Virus record (IMG/VR): IMGVR_UViG_3300042566_002057
Location: 1 to 64,000 of that record
Reading direction: 5' to 3' (one strand)
Source: a virus
Length of the DNA: 64,000 nucleotides
Notes under the pieces: generated by a model
Seen by the model: the letters and a program-made list of their open reading frames with translations, nothing else
What the model was told of the DNA's origin: nothing
Database searches by the model: none
Position numbers and translations under genes: made by a program
Shown: piece after piece, positions 8,071-16,495 of the stretch
Numbering within the stretch: the stretch's first letter is position 1
How the letters are laid out: every line of letters starts with the position of its first letter

Positions 8071-11000
8071 TTACACAACACCAGTTATTATACCACCAGT
8101 AACAGTAACTATTTGACCATCTGCACTAAATGTTCCTGTCCATCCACTTGATACCGCTGAATCGACATAACCTTTAGTAACAAGTGAGTAAGTAGAAAAA
8201 TTAGCGGTATAATCATCTGTATATACCAGTCCCTTTTGATTAGCATCTGTGACTAATAATCTATTGTCTGAACTTCCATCATTTATATTCTGATCGATAT
8301 TTGTAATTAATATACCAGTAGATAATGATCCATCAAATGCAAAAATTGATGTACTTTGGTTATCTACAAAGACCCTCGAATATGTAGATGAGTCATATGT
8401 TACCTTTAAGTCTATAGCTGTGCCAAAGTTGTATATTCTTGACTCATTCAAGTTATTGTAGACTTTGTTATCAATAAATACAGAAGCTGTCACTGAAAAT
8501 CTTCCTAAGTTATTGATATAAAAGTTCTTTAGATCTCCTTCAATAAAAACTTGTGATGTAAGTGTTCCACCTAATTCAATATTTCCCGAAATACTTTGTG
8601 TTAGACCATTTTCACCCTGAACTTTTTGTGAATCAACATATCCTTTAGTTACAAGTGAATAAGTTGTGAAGTTTCCTACATAATTACCATCATAAACAAT
8701 ACCTTTATTATTGATATTATCAACAACTATTAAAGTGTTATTTATCGAACCATCTGAAATTGCTTGAGATCCAGCATAAGTACTAATAATGCTACTATAT
8801 GTACCAACTCTTGATTCTATTTTAATAGTGTCCATCTCACCTACTAAACCGGATCCCGTTACACCAGGAGCTCCATATATGAGCAAACCACCTGAAATGT
8901 CATGTGCTAAAAATCTAAGTGTGTTAGGACCATGTATCAAAAGTGTTGAACTATTTAAAAATTGTGATCTTGATGAGAAATAAACACTCGAAGTTAATGA
9001 AATTCTAGATGCGCCTAAAAAATGCAAATTTTTGTTGTCTACTTGAACAGTTGTATCTTGAGAAAGTGTTCCACCTAGTCCAATCACTCCTGATGATACA
9101 TAACTTAGACCATTTCCTGGTGTAGTAGATGAAATTGAATCAACATACCCTTTAGTTACAAGTGAATAAGTAGTGAAATTTGCAGTATAATCAGATCTAT
9201 ATACTATACCCTTCTGACTAATATCATCAGCTACTATAATTCTATTATTTGTTGATCCATCGCTTAATGGTTGGTCTTGTGAGTGAAAATTTATTCCAGA
9301 GTATCCAACACCATCAAAATTATATATATTTAATACTCCTGGTGTAATATCTACAATTGAGTAAGTTCCACTAGGATCATCAACTCTAGTATAGTAATTA
9401 TCACCATCATTCCACTGTGCACTAGTATTTGTGGATGGAGAAAAAACTGTATTAACTATAAAAGCTGAAGCTGTGACTGAAAATCTACTAAAATCGTTAA
9501 AATATACATTATTATCATAACCGTCAATAATCACTGGTCCACTTAGAGTTCCTCCTAAACCAATGTATCCTGAACTAAAAGTAAGACCATTATTTACATA
9601 TTGTTGTTTTTCATCAACATATCCTTTAGTAACTAATGAGTAAGTAGTAAAGTTTGGAGAATAATCTCCAACATATACTATTCCTTTATTTGATACATCT
9701 GTGACTAATATATTATTATCCGATGAGCCATCACCAATTGGTTGTGTTTCGTTATGAACTGTAATAGACGATACTCCGTTATTACCCACACTTTCAATAT
9801 TTATTGTACCAATATTTATTCTTGTTCTAGAATAAGTTGCATTATCAATTGTTGCTACTATGTTTTGGTAATCAGCTTGTTGTAAATAAACTTGACTATA
9901 ATAATCAGATGATATAACTCTATTATCTATGTTGTTAGATGCGGTCATTGTAATTCTGTATGCATCTGATATCTCTAAATCATATCCCTGTCCATAGATA
10001 ATTGTATTTAGTGAAAGCACACCACCTAATCCAATTTTATTATCAGTCTGTGACAGACCATTCATCGCATCACTAACAATAGTTTGTTCAGAACCAGAAA
10101 GTCCTGCATTCCAGTATTGAGATGAAGAACTCCAGAATATTTTAGAATAAGTTCCATCTCCTAAATTAACTTCAATTCCAGCATCAATTGCTGGTCCGCT
10201 ATATGTTCCATTAAGAGTTATAAAATTATCCTCGACAACAAGATTTTCTGTATAAATTGTTGATGTAGTTCCTAAAATAGCTAAGTCACCTAAGATAGTA
10301 ACAGAGTCATTAAACTGTCTATTACCATCAATTATGGATTTAAGTGAAACTTGATTACTTCCATTTAATTCAATTGACGTATTATCTACTTGTGATAAGA
10401 AATTACTATCTACATAATTCTTATCTATTAATGAATAAGTAACAAAAGTAGCTGAGTAATCAAATGCGTATCTTAGTCCTTCTAAGTTTCCGGATATAAC
10501 TGTTGAGTTACCGAAATTCAAATTAAATACACTTGGTGAGTAAATAATCAAATCACTTGTATTCATATCAATATATGTCTCTGAAATAGAACCATTATTT
10601 GTTGATATTACGACATTACCACTTGTAAATCCTTCATCTAAGTATATTCTACCACCACCATTACCACTAACTAAAGATGTACCAGTACCCATTACTATAT
10701 TTTGACCCAACGAATCATTGCCCTGAGTTAGTACTTGTTCCAATGTTGGTGTTGTAGAGGCTGGGGCCGTTCCCCAGTAAGCTTGACCAGCACCATCTGT
10801 TAACAATACTTCTGATAATGAACCATCAACATTTGGTAGTTTATAAGCATTATTTATATTAACACTGTTACCTAAATAAACTGTATTTGATTCAGTAGCT
10901 GATAAATTCACACCTCCAATAATAACACTATTATAGATTCCTGATTCAATGAATGCTGACTCAGATGAAATTGATGTTATCGGTGACTGAACAGCTGGTG

Positions 11001-11895
11001 TAGTTGAATAAGTAGTAGTATCTCTTACTAAAATACCATTTTTCCCAGTTAGGTGAGTAGATGAACTAGTTGATGAAAATATACCAATAATTGAGTTTGA
11101 TAAAAATGGTTTGTCTGTTGCTAAAATAACATCATTTGCACTATTAAACTCTAATAAGCCATATCCAGCACCTGATTTAATTCTATCACCATCTTTAATA
11201 ACTAACTGAGGAACATAAACTGTATTATTCTCATCTGCTATCATATCACTTCCTCCAATAATAACTGAGTTTGCTATTCCACCATATGTTGTTGAATTAT
11301 AGCTATTTAAATGTAAACTTGATTTATTAAGAGAACCAATGTCATATGTTGATTCTGATTTTATTATATCAATTTGACCAGAAAGTAAAGATGTATCATT
11401 TAGTGTCACATAATATGAATTCGGTGTGATATTTTGTACACTATAAATGGTTAAGTCTCCTACTCGATTGTTAATACTAATTGAATTTAAGTCAATAGTT
11501 GAAGCAGTATTACTTGTTAAATCAGTCATACTTATTGAAATTTCACCAAGACTTTGCTTGATACTATTTAAACCAAAGTAAGTACCATCATTAGTACTTA
11601 TCTCTAAGGCAGATGTTCCAAAATTAATTTGATTATTGCTTCCAGATGTAATAAGTGAGGTATTAGAACCCATCTCAATAGAGTAGGTTCCAGTGGATGA
11701 ACCCACTTTAAGAACATCTAAAAGTGATGGAGTCGCTGAGATTCCTGCAGTTCCACCAACACCGATTTGTATTATTGTACCGGAAGTATCTTTTTGTTTA
11801 AGAAAGCCATCTAAATCATAACCTATTATCCAACCCTGTGAAGGAGTTGCTGCGGTTGTCATCGAAACGGTAGATCCAAAATTTATAGTGCTCAT
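8071..11895 (-). CDS. long repetitive tail-fibre-like structural protein
   Basis: 1274 aa, Ser/Thr/Gly/Asn rich; five YxxNFTTYSLVTKGYVD-type repeats alternating with NGL...IGLGGTL; upstream AATATATA. Confidence 0.7.
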   Translation of the reverse strand: MSTINFGSTVSMTTAATPSQGWIIGYDLDGFLKQKDTSGTIIQIGVGGTAGISATPSLLDVLKVGSSTGTYSIEMGSNTSLITSGSNNQINFGTSALEISTNDGTYFGLNSIKQSLGEISISMTDLTSNTASTIDLNSISINNRVGDLTIYSVQNITPNSYYVTLNDTSLLSGQIDIIKSESTYDIGSLNKSSLHLNSYNSTTYGGIANSVIIGGSDMIADENNTVYVPQLVIKDGDRIKSGAGYGLLEFNSANDVILATDKPFLSNSIIGIFSSTSSSTHLTGKNGILVRDTTTYSTTPAVQSPITSISSESAFIESGIYNSVIIGGVNLSATESNTVYLGNSVNINNAYKLPNVDGSLSEVLLTDGAGQAYWGTAPASTTPTLEQVLTQGNDSLGQNIVMGTGTSLVSGNGGGRIYLDEGFTSGNVVISTNNGSISETYIDMNTSDLIIYSPSVFNLNFGNSTVISGNLEGLRYAFDYSATFVTYSLIDKNYVDSNFLSQVDNTSIELNGSNQVSLKSIIDGNRQFNDSVTILGDLAILGTTSTIYTENLVVEDNFITLNGTYSGPAIDAGIEVNLGDGTYSKIFWSSSSQYWNAGLSGSEQTIVSDAMNGLSQTDNKIGLGGVLSLNTIIYGQGYDLEISDAYRITMTASNNIDNRVISSDYYSQVYLQQADYQNIVATIDNATYSRTRINIGTINIESVGNNGVSSITVHNETQPIGDGSSDNNILVTDVSNKGIVYVGDYSPNFTTYSLVTKGYVDEKQQYVNNGLTFSSGYIGLGGTLSGPVIIDGYDNNVYFNDFSRFSVTASAFIVNTVFSPSTNTSAQWNDGDNYYTRVDDPSGTYSIVDITPGVLNIYNFDGVGYSGINFHSQDQPLSDGSTNNRIIVADDISQKGIVYRSDYTANFTTYSLVTKGYVDSISSTTPGNGLSYVSSGVIGLGGTLSQDTTVQVDNKNLHFLGASRISLTSSVYFSSRSQFLNSSTLLIHGPNTLRFLAHDISGGLLIYGAPGVTGSGLVGEMDTIKIESRVGTYSSIISTYAGSQAISDGSINNTLIVVDNINNKGIVYDGNYVGNFTTYSLVTKGYVDSQKVQGENGLTQSISGNIELGGTLTSQVFIEGDLKNFYINNLGRFSVTASVFIDNKVYNNLNESRIYNFGTAIDLKVTYDSSTYSRVFVDNQSTSIFAFDGSLSTGILITNIDQNINDGSSDNRLLVTDANQKGLVYTDDYTANFSTYSLVTKGYVDSAVSSGWTGTFSADGQIVTVTGGIITGVV

Positions 11896-11997
11896 CTATC
11901 TGAAATTATTGTTAGAGTATATATTATTTTACAAAGTGTCTTTTATTTTTAACTTTGCAAAAATTTGAGATATAATTTAAAAACACTCACTTAAATT

Positions 11998-12375
11998 ATG
12001 AAATTAGCCTTAATCGCACACGATGGTAAAAAAGCAGATATGGTTGCCTTTGTTATGAAAAGATTAGAATTCTTCAATCATAAAGAGGTAGAGATTGTAG
12101 CGACTGGAACAACCGGTGGTATGATTCAACGAGCCGGAGTGGATAAAGTTAAAACCGTACTTTCAGGACCACTTGGTGGTGACGCTGAAATAGGTTCGAT
12201 GGTTGCTAATGGAGAACTAGATGCTGTTATTTTCTTTAGAGATCCTTTAGACAAACACCCACATGATGTTGATATATCTATGTTAATGAGACTTTGTGAT
12301 GTTCATAATGTTCCATTAGCAACTAATTATAGGAGTGGTGATATTATGGTGAAATATTTTAGAAAAAAGATATGA
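11998..12375 (+). CDS. mgsA: methylglyoxal synthase
   Basis: ALIAHDGKK, ATGTTG, SGPLGGD, FFRDPL, PHDVD and LATN motifs. Confidence 0.97.
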   Translation: MKLALIAHDGKKADMVAFVMKRLEFFNHKEVEIVATGTTGGMIQRAGVDKVKTVLSGPLGGDAEIGSMVANGELDAVIFFRDPLDKHPHDVDISMLMRLCDVHNVPLATNYRSGDIMVKYFRKKI

Positions 12376-12623
12376 CTTGTGGTCAGACAATAGAATTTCT
12401 GACTAGGATATTACAGACTTCTATTGAAAAAAATTTATACGAGTTATCAAATACAATTATCACGATTCAACAACGACTTCTTGAAAAGTATAAATTAGAA
12501 GATATAGTTGAGTTATCTTACTTCACTGAAGTTTTACAGAAATCAATCGGAGGTTTATCTCATGAGGGTAAAGAAATACTATTACCAATTTTAAGAGAAC
12601 TGAAATTAAATACAATTCTTTAA
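12372..12623 (+). CDS. hypothetical protein (C-terminal LRELKLNTIL motif)
   Basis: ORF overlaps the mgsA stop codon. Confidence 0.65.
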   Translation: MTCGQTIEFLTRILQTSIEKNLYELSNTIITIQQRLLEKYKLEDIVELSYFTEVLQKSIGGLSHEGKEILLPILRELKLNTIL

Positions 12624-12991
12624 TACTTAGGTAATTTCATATCAGTTGTGATTTCAATTCTAAAGTTAAATCCAGTATCTTCATCACTTCCATATTTTAC
12701 TTCAGCGTCATAACCCATCTCACCACCAAATGTTGTTGGTTTTGGACCATTCTGAAGTTGTCTACGTCTTTCTTCTTCTCTTCTTCTTTTTTCTTCTTCC
12801 TGAGCAACCATTTGCTCAAATGTTAAGTTATTTTGAGGATTCTGATTATGTTGTATTTCTTCTTGTCTAGTGGAAAATTGAGTAGCATCATATCCATATT
12901 TTCTTAACAGTTCTTCAGCTTCCCAACCGGTAACTTCTCTTTCTGATTCAATGTGTTGTTGATCAACTATTCTTGCTTGTGGTCTTTCCAT
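12620..12991 (-). CDS. hypothetical protein
   Basis: 123 aa ORF. Confidence 0.7.
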   Translation of the reverse strand: MERPQARIVDQQHIESEREVTGWEAEELLRKYGYDATQFSTRQEEIQHNQNPQNNLTFEQMVAQEEEKRRREEERRRQLQNGPKPTTFGGEMGYDAEVKYGSDEDTGFNFRIEITTDMKLPKY

Positions 12992-13008
12992 GATTACATA
13001 TTATTTTT

Positions 13009-13476
13009 TCACAATCTTTTCATTTGTATTGCATTTCCAGCTTGGCTAATACTAAATCCAACCGGTGAGTTCATATCTAAATACCTCTTATATATTTTAG
13101 TTCTAGATGTTACATAGTCTTTTTCTAAGTCTTTTGCTAAACCAACAAAGAAAATGTTTTTAGCCCAATAACATCTTTTCGTAAAGTCATTTAAGATATC
13201 ACCAAATACAGTTTCTAATACTTTATAAGGATTTACATTTACAATCTTACTAACTGAATAAGAACCTTCGTCTTCTACAAAATAAAGTAACTCATAAACA
13301 GTACTTAATTCACCAACTTTATTAACTGGTATGTTTTTAAATTCAACTAAGTAGTTATTATTTTCTGAATCTAAAAATTCATACTTATACATAAATGGAT
13401 CATCTGATATTAAATTAAATCCATAAGAGTCAACTTTTTCATTTATAAAGTTATCATATAATGATATTTTTCTCAT
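13009..13476 (-). CDS. hypothetical protein (N-terminal ISLYDNFINE motif)
   Basis: 155 aa ORF; upstream AATATATA. Confidence 0.7.
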   Translation of the reverse strand: MRKISLYDNFINEKVDSYGFNLISDDPFMYKYEFLDSENNNYLVEFKNIPVNKVGELSTVYELLYFVEDEGSYSVSKIVNVNPYKVLETVFGDILNDFTKRCYWAKNIFFVGLAKDLEKDYVTSRTKIYKRYLDMNSPVGFSISQAGNAIQMKRL

Positions 13477-13560
13477 AAATCTATATATTAAATTAAAAAA
13501 AAGTATTAAAATCCAAAAACAGAGAAAACTTTTTGTTATATATACATATAATTAGAACAT

Positions 13561-13633
13561 CGCGGGGTGGAGCAGTCGGTAGCTCGCTAGGCTCATAACC
13601 TAGAGGTCACACGTTCGAGTCGTGTCCCCGCTA
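13561..13633 (+). tRNA. tRNA-fMet(CAT)
   Basis: CGCGGGGTGGAGCAG start; C1 mismatch; CTCATAA loop. Confidence 0.92.
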
Positions 13634-13700
13634 CTAAAAAAATAAAAATAAATTTGGTAGATTAAAAAAGTCTACTTATATTTGTAAAACAATTAAAGAA

Positions 13701-13778
13701 ATGATGACAACAGTTGCAACATATTATTATGAGGTCGAGAGCAAAAGCTCCGTCAGACGAGTATTAGTTATGTCGTAA
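13701..13778 (+). CDS. attenuator leader peptide 4, MMTTVATYYYEVESKSSVRRVLVMS (Tyr/Glu)
   Basis: TAT TAT TAT GAG GTC GAG; GTCAGAC 13752-13758 pairs with GTCTGAC of the terminator; promoter TTTG 13653 / TATATTTG 13677. Confidence 0.88.
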   Translation: MMTTVATYYYEVESKSSVRRVLVMS

Positions 13779-13800
13779 TTGAAAAATATTATATAACTTA

Positions 13801-13836
13801 AACCCAGTCTGACTTCAGATTGGGTTTTTTGTTTTT
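13801..13836 (+). terminator. attenuator terminator 4
   Basis: AACCCAGTCTGA-CT-TCAGATTGGGTT plus T-tract. Confidence 0.9.
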
Positions 13837-13846
13837 AAATTAATTT

Positions 13847-13914
13847 GGGATGGGTTATGGTGACGGCCGGATCTGTAAAATCCTAGCAGGTGAGTTCGAG
13901 TCTCACGCATCCCA
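13847..13914 (+). tRNA. tRNA-Tyr(GTA)-like, reduced D-arm and short variable region
   Basis: GGAT-CTGTAAA-ATCC; GTGAG-TTCGAGT-CTCAC T-arm; only about 68 nt. Confidence 0.6.
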
Positions 13915-13919
13915 CAAAT

Positions 13920-13953
13920 GGTCCTGTCGACTAATGGTTAGGTCAACACCCTT
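13920..13953 (+). pseudogene. 5' half of a tRNA-Glu-like gene ending in the anticodon loop
   Basis: GGTCCTGTCGACTAATGGTTAGGTCAACACCCTT followed by an A-rich promoter region. Confidence 0.7.
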
Positions 13954-14019
13954 AAAAAATAAAAACAAAAAAGATATTGTGGATTAAAAAAGTTTAATTA
14001 TCTTTGTAAAACAAAAGAC

Positions 14020-14091
14020 GGTCCCATCGTCTAACGGTTAGGACATTAGGTTTTCATCCTAAAAATCGGAGTTCGATTCTCCGTGGGACTA
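14020..14091 (+). tRNA. tRNA-Glu(TTC)
   Basis: TTAGG-TTTTCAT-CCTAA. Confidence 0.92.
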
Positions 14092-14186
14092 CAAATGTCG
14101 GAGTAATTAACCGATACTAACAAGAAGATGTATCATATATCGCAGTGAGATTTGGTACCAGTAATTTCTGATATGTCTACTTGAAT

Positions 14187-14265
14187 AACTGCTTATGGTG
14201 TAAATTGGTTTGCACGTCGGTCACTAAGGCCGAAGGGTTATAGGTTCGAGTCCTATGGGTAGTTC
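14187..14265 (+). tRNA. atypical tRNA with CTA anticodon (amber suppressor candidate)
   Basis: TCGGT-CACTAAG-GCCGA; 7-bp D-stem GTGTAAA/TTTGCAC; canonical T-arm. Confidence 0.6.
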
Positions 14266-14270
14266 AACAT

Positions 14271-14353
14271 TGGAAGGTGGCAGAGTGGTTAAATGCGGCG
14301 GACTGTAAATCCGCTCTCTTACGAGTACGGGGGTTCGAATCCCTCTCTTCCAA
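14271..14353 (+). tRNA. tRNA-Tyr(GTA)
   Basis: GCGGA-CTGTAAA-TCCGC; long variable arm. Confidence 0.93.
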
Positions 14354-14448
14354 CAAATAATATAATACTGTATCATGATGTTCCATGATTGAAAGTTTAT
14401 AATAGGGAAAAGAAAACTTTTTATATATACAATAATATAAATAATACA

Positions 14449-14526
14449 ATGAAGAATTTACTTAACATATCAGCATTTATAGCGAACGGCGCGGGGAGTG
14501 ACCGTAGTTGGCTGGTTGTTATGTAA
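14449..14526 (+). CDS. attenuator leader peptide 5, MKNLLNISAFIANGAGSDRSWLVVM (Ile-ATA/Ala/Gly)
   Basis: ATA TCA GCA TTT ATA GCG AAC GGC GCG GGG; TGGCTGG 14509-14515 pairs with CCAGTCA of the terminator. Confidence 0.85.
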   Translation: MKNLLNISAFIANGAGSDRSWLVVM

Positions 14527-14553
14527 ATTTCAGATATTGAAACTAACATACTT

Positions 14554-14582
14554 AACCCAGTCAGAAATGATTGGGTTTTTTT
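14554..14582 (+). terminator. attenuator terminator 5
   Basis: AACCCAGTCA-GAAA-TGATTGGGTT plus T-tract. Confidence 0.9.
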
Positions 14583-14586
14583 ATTT

Positions 14587-14667
14587 CGGCAAGTACCGTT
14601 GGAATCTTATACATTCTATACACGTAGCGGGAAGTTGAAAACGTGGGTTCGAATCCCACCTTGCCGA
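14587..14667 (+). tRNA. non-canonical tRNA-Ile(TAT)-like RNA lacking a normal D-arm
   Basis: CGGCAAG/CTTGCCG acceptor; TGGAAT-CTTATAC-ATTCTA arm; canonical T-arm. Confidence 0.6.
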
Positions 14668-14679
14668 CAAATGATACAA

Positions 14680-14753
14680 GCGGGTATCGTATAATGGTTT
14701 AATTACACCGGCCTTCCAAGTCGGTGATGTCGGTTCGATTCCGGTTACCCGCA
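14680..14753 (+). tRNA. tRNA-Gly(TCC)
   Basis: CCGGC-CTTCCAA-GTCGG. Confidence 0.9.
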
Positions 14754-14758
14754 CAAAT

Positions 14759-14834
14759 GGGCTAGCATGTTCCAAGGCTTCGGCGACTTACCCTTGCAAG
14801 GTAGGTGTGGTGGGTTCGATTCCCATCTGGTCCA
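14759..14834 (+). tRNA. tRNA-Ala(TGC)
   Basis: TTACC-CTTGCAA-GGTAG; G3-U70; irregular D-arm. Confidence 0.8.
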
Positions 14835-14855
14835 CAAAAAAAATAAATATGAGGA

Positions 14856-14981
14856 ATGAAAGTAGTAATTAAAGGCGAATTTAAATCAAGTAAAGTAAAT
14901 CTAAGAAATTCAGAAGAAATTAAATTAGATGTTTATTTAGAAAGACTAATTAAAAAGATTAAAAAGAGAATTAAAAAATAA
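14856..14981 (+). CDS. small basic hypothetical protein (41 aa) inside the tRNA cluster
   Basis: MKVVIKGEFKSSKVNLRNSEEIKLDVYLERLIKKIKKRIKK fills the tRNA spacer. Confidence 0.4.
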   Translation: MKVVIKGEFKSSKVNLRNSEEIKLDVYLERLIKKIKKRIKK

Positions 14982-14986
14982 AATAA

Positions 14987-15062
<76 letters not shown>

Positions 15063-15104
15063 AAATGCCGGGTGATCCACCGTTGAATCACGGTGCCGGC
15101 TCCA

Positions 15105-15178
15105 GGGGGATTAGCTCATTTGGCTAGAGCGCTTGTCTGGCAGACAAGAGGTGACGAGTTCAATCCTCGTATCCTCCA
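15105..15178 (+). tRNA. tRNA-Ala(GGC)
   Basis: CTTGT-CTGGCAG-ACAAG; G3-U70. Confidence 0.92.
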
Positions 15179-15180
15179 CA

Positions 15181-15215
15181 AAAAAGTCTAGTTATTTATT
15201 TAACTAGACTTTTTT
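15181..15215 (+). terminator. intrinsic terminator after the Gly/Ala cluster
   Basis: AAAAAGTCTAGTTA...TAACTAGACTTTTTT. Confidence 0.75.
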
Positions 15216-15228
15216 AATATATAACATT

Positions 15229-15726
15229 ATGAAATATCTTAGAAGATTTAATGAAAATATTAGCATGTACGATCCTGAATGGAAGGAGTCTTTACCTGAA
15301 ACTTTTTCAATATTAAAAGGAGAGGATGATGGTGTACATAAACACGTTTATAAGAAAGGTAATATTATGTTAAATTCTGATATGGTCCAGATAACTTATT
15401 ATAATGAAGACTGGGGTATACCAGATACTTTAGAATTCGATATTCATACAGTTAGAGACACGCAAACTGGTGACTTGAGACTAGATATTGACATTACATA
15501 TGGTAATGAAGTTGCTTGTGAATTTTCAATTGACAAAACAAATGGAGTTAGAGTAATCCAAGACACCACTTATCATTCCAAGTTTGACCCATCTAATACT
15601 GTATTTGCTTTTACTGATGATAGTCTTAAGCAATTTGTGGAATTCTTAAACAGATTTAACACTGGTATAAAAGTAACCACTCATGATTTGAGATTTTTAG
15701 ACGGTTATGATAATTATCAACATTAA
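15229..15726 (+). CDS. hypothetical protein (MKYLRRFNE motif); paralog of the N-terminal domain of 33836..35218
   Basis: Shared EFDIH...DITYG...EF.I...SK(F/Y)D...FN.GI segments. Confidence 0.75.
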   Translation: MKYLRRFNENISMYDPEWKESLPETFSILKGEDDGVHKHVYKKGNIMLNSDMVQITYYNEDWGIPDTLEFDIHTVRDTQTGDLRLDIDITYGNEVACEFSIDKTNGVRVIQDTTYHSKFDPSNTVFAFTDDSLKQFVEFLNRFNTGIKVTTHDLRFLDGYDNYQH

Positions 15727-15814
15727 TTTGACTAATTGATTTTTTTATTTATATTTGTTATTGAGGAAACTTATTTTCAATTTTCTCGTATATTTATAAA
15801 TACAAACACATTTT

Positions 15815-16468
15815 ATGCTTAGTAACGAACAAGTTCAACAAATAAAACAAATTATCGAATCAGATCCAAGATTTGTAACAAAAATCAATGAGGCTATTTC
15901 TTATACTGGTAAAGAAAGTGGTCATTCGCACGCTTCTCCAATGGAAGATATGATTCGTGAAATTCTTATTGATAAATTAGGAGCTAAAAAATCATCCAAA
16001 GACCGTTCACTTGCTGATATCTACTTAAATGATAATTTAATAAATGTTAAGTTTGGTTCTCCAAAAATCCAACCGAATGGTCGACCTAAATATGGTCAAC
16101 CAAATATGTGTGCTATGAGAAGAATTATGAAAGAGTTTTATTATGACTCTACTATTGATTCTTATTACATTATCAAAGTTAATCTAAAAAATGGTGAATA
16201 TACTTTACATGTCTTTGATATGTTAGATTATATTGACTATCTTACTTGGAATTCGGGTACTGGTCAAATTATGTTGAAAGAAAATGACTTTTATAATATA
16301 ATAAATACTTATGTACCAAGTTTAAATATTGAAGAGAAAAAGACTAAAATCAAAGATTTATATGATTTTGGATGTGAGAAGCATATTCTTCTTAGAATAA
16401 ATCAATATATGTCACAGTCTAATAATTCTGAAAGATTTAAAACTCAACTACGAAAACTGTTAGAGTGA
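15815..16468 (+). CDS. putative type II restriction endonuclease (PD-(D/E)XK-like)
   Basis: E...ADIYLNDNLINVKFG catalytic-like pattern; convergent with a methyltransferase. Confidence 0.55.
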   Translation: MLSNEQVQQIKQIIESDPRFVTKINEAISYTGKESGHSHASPMEDMIREILIDKLGAKKSSKDRSLADIYLNDNLINVKFGSPKIQPNGRPKYGQPNMCAMRRIMKEFYYDSTIDSYYIIKVNLKNGEYTLHVFDMLDYIDYLTWNSGTGQIMLKENDFYNIINTYVPSLNIEEKKTKIKDLYDFGCEKHILLRINQYMSQSNNSERFKTQLRKLLE

Positions 16469-16495
16469 AGAAGCCACCGCTTGTCGGTGGTTTTT

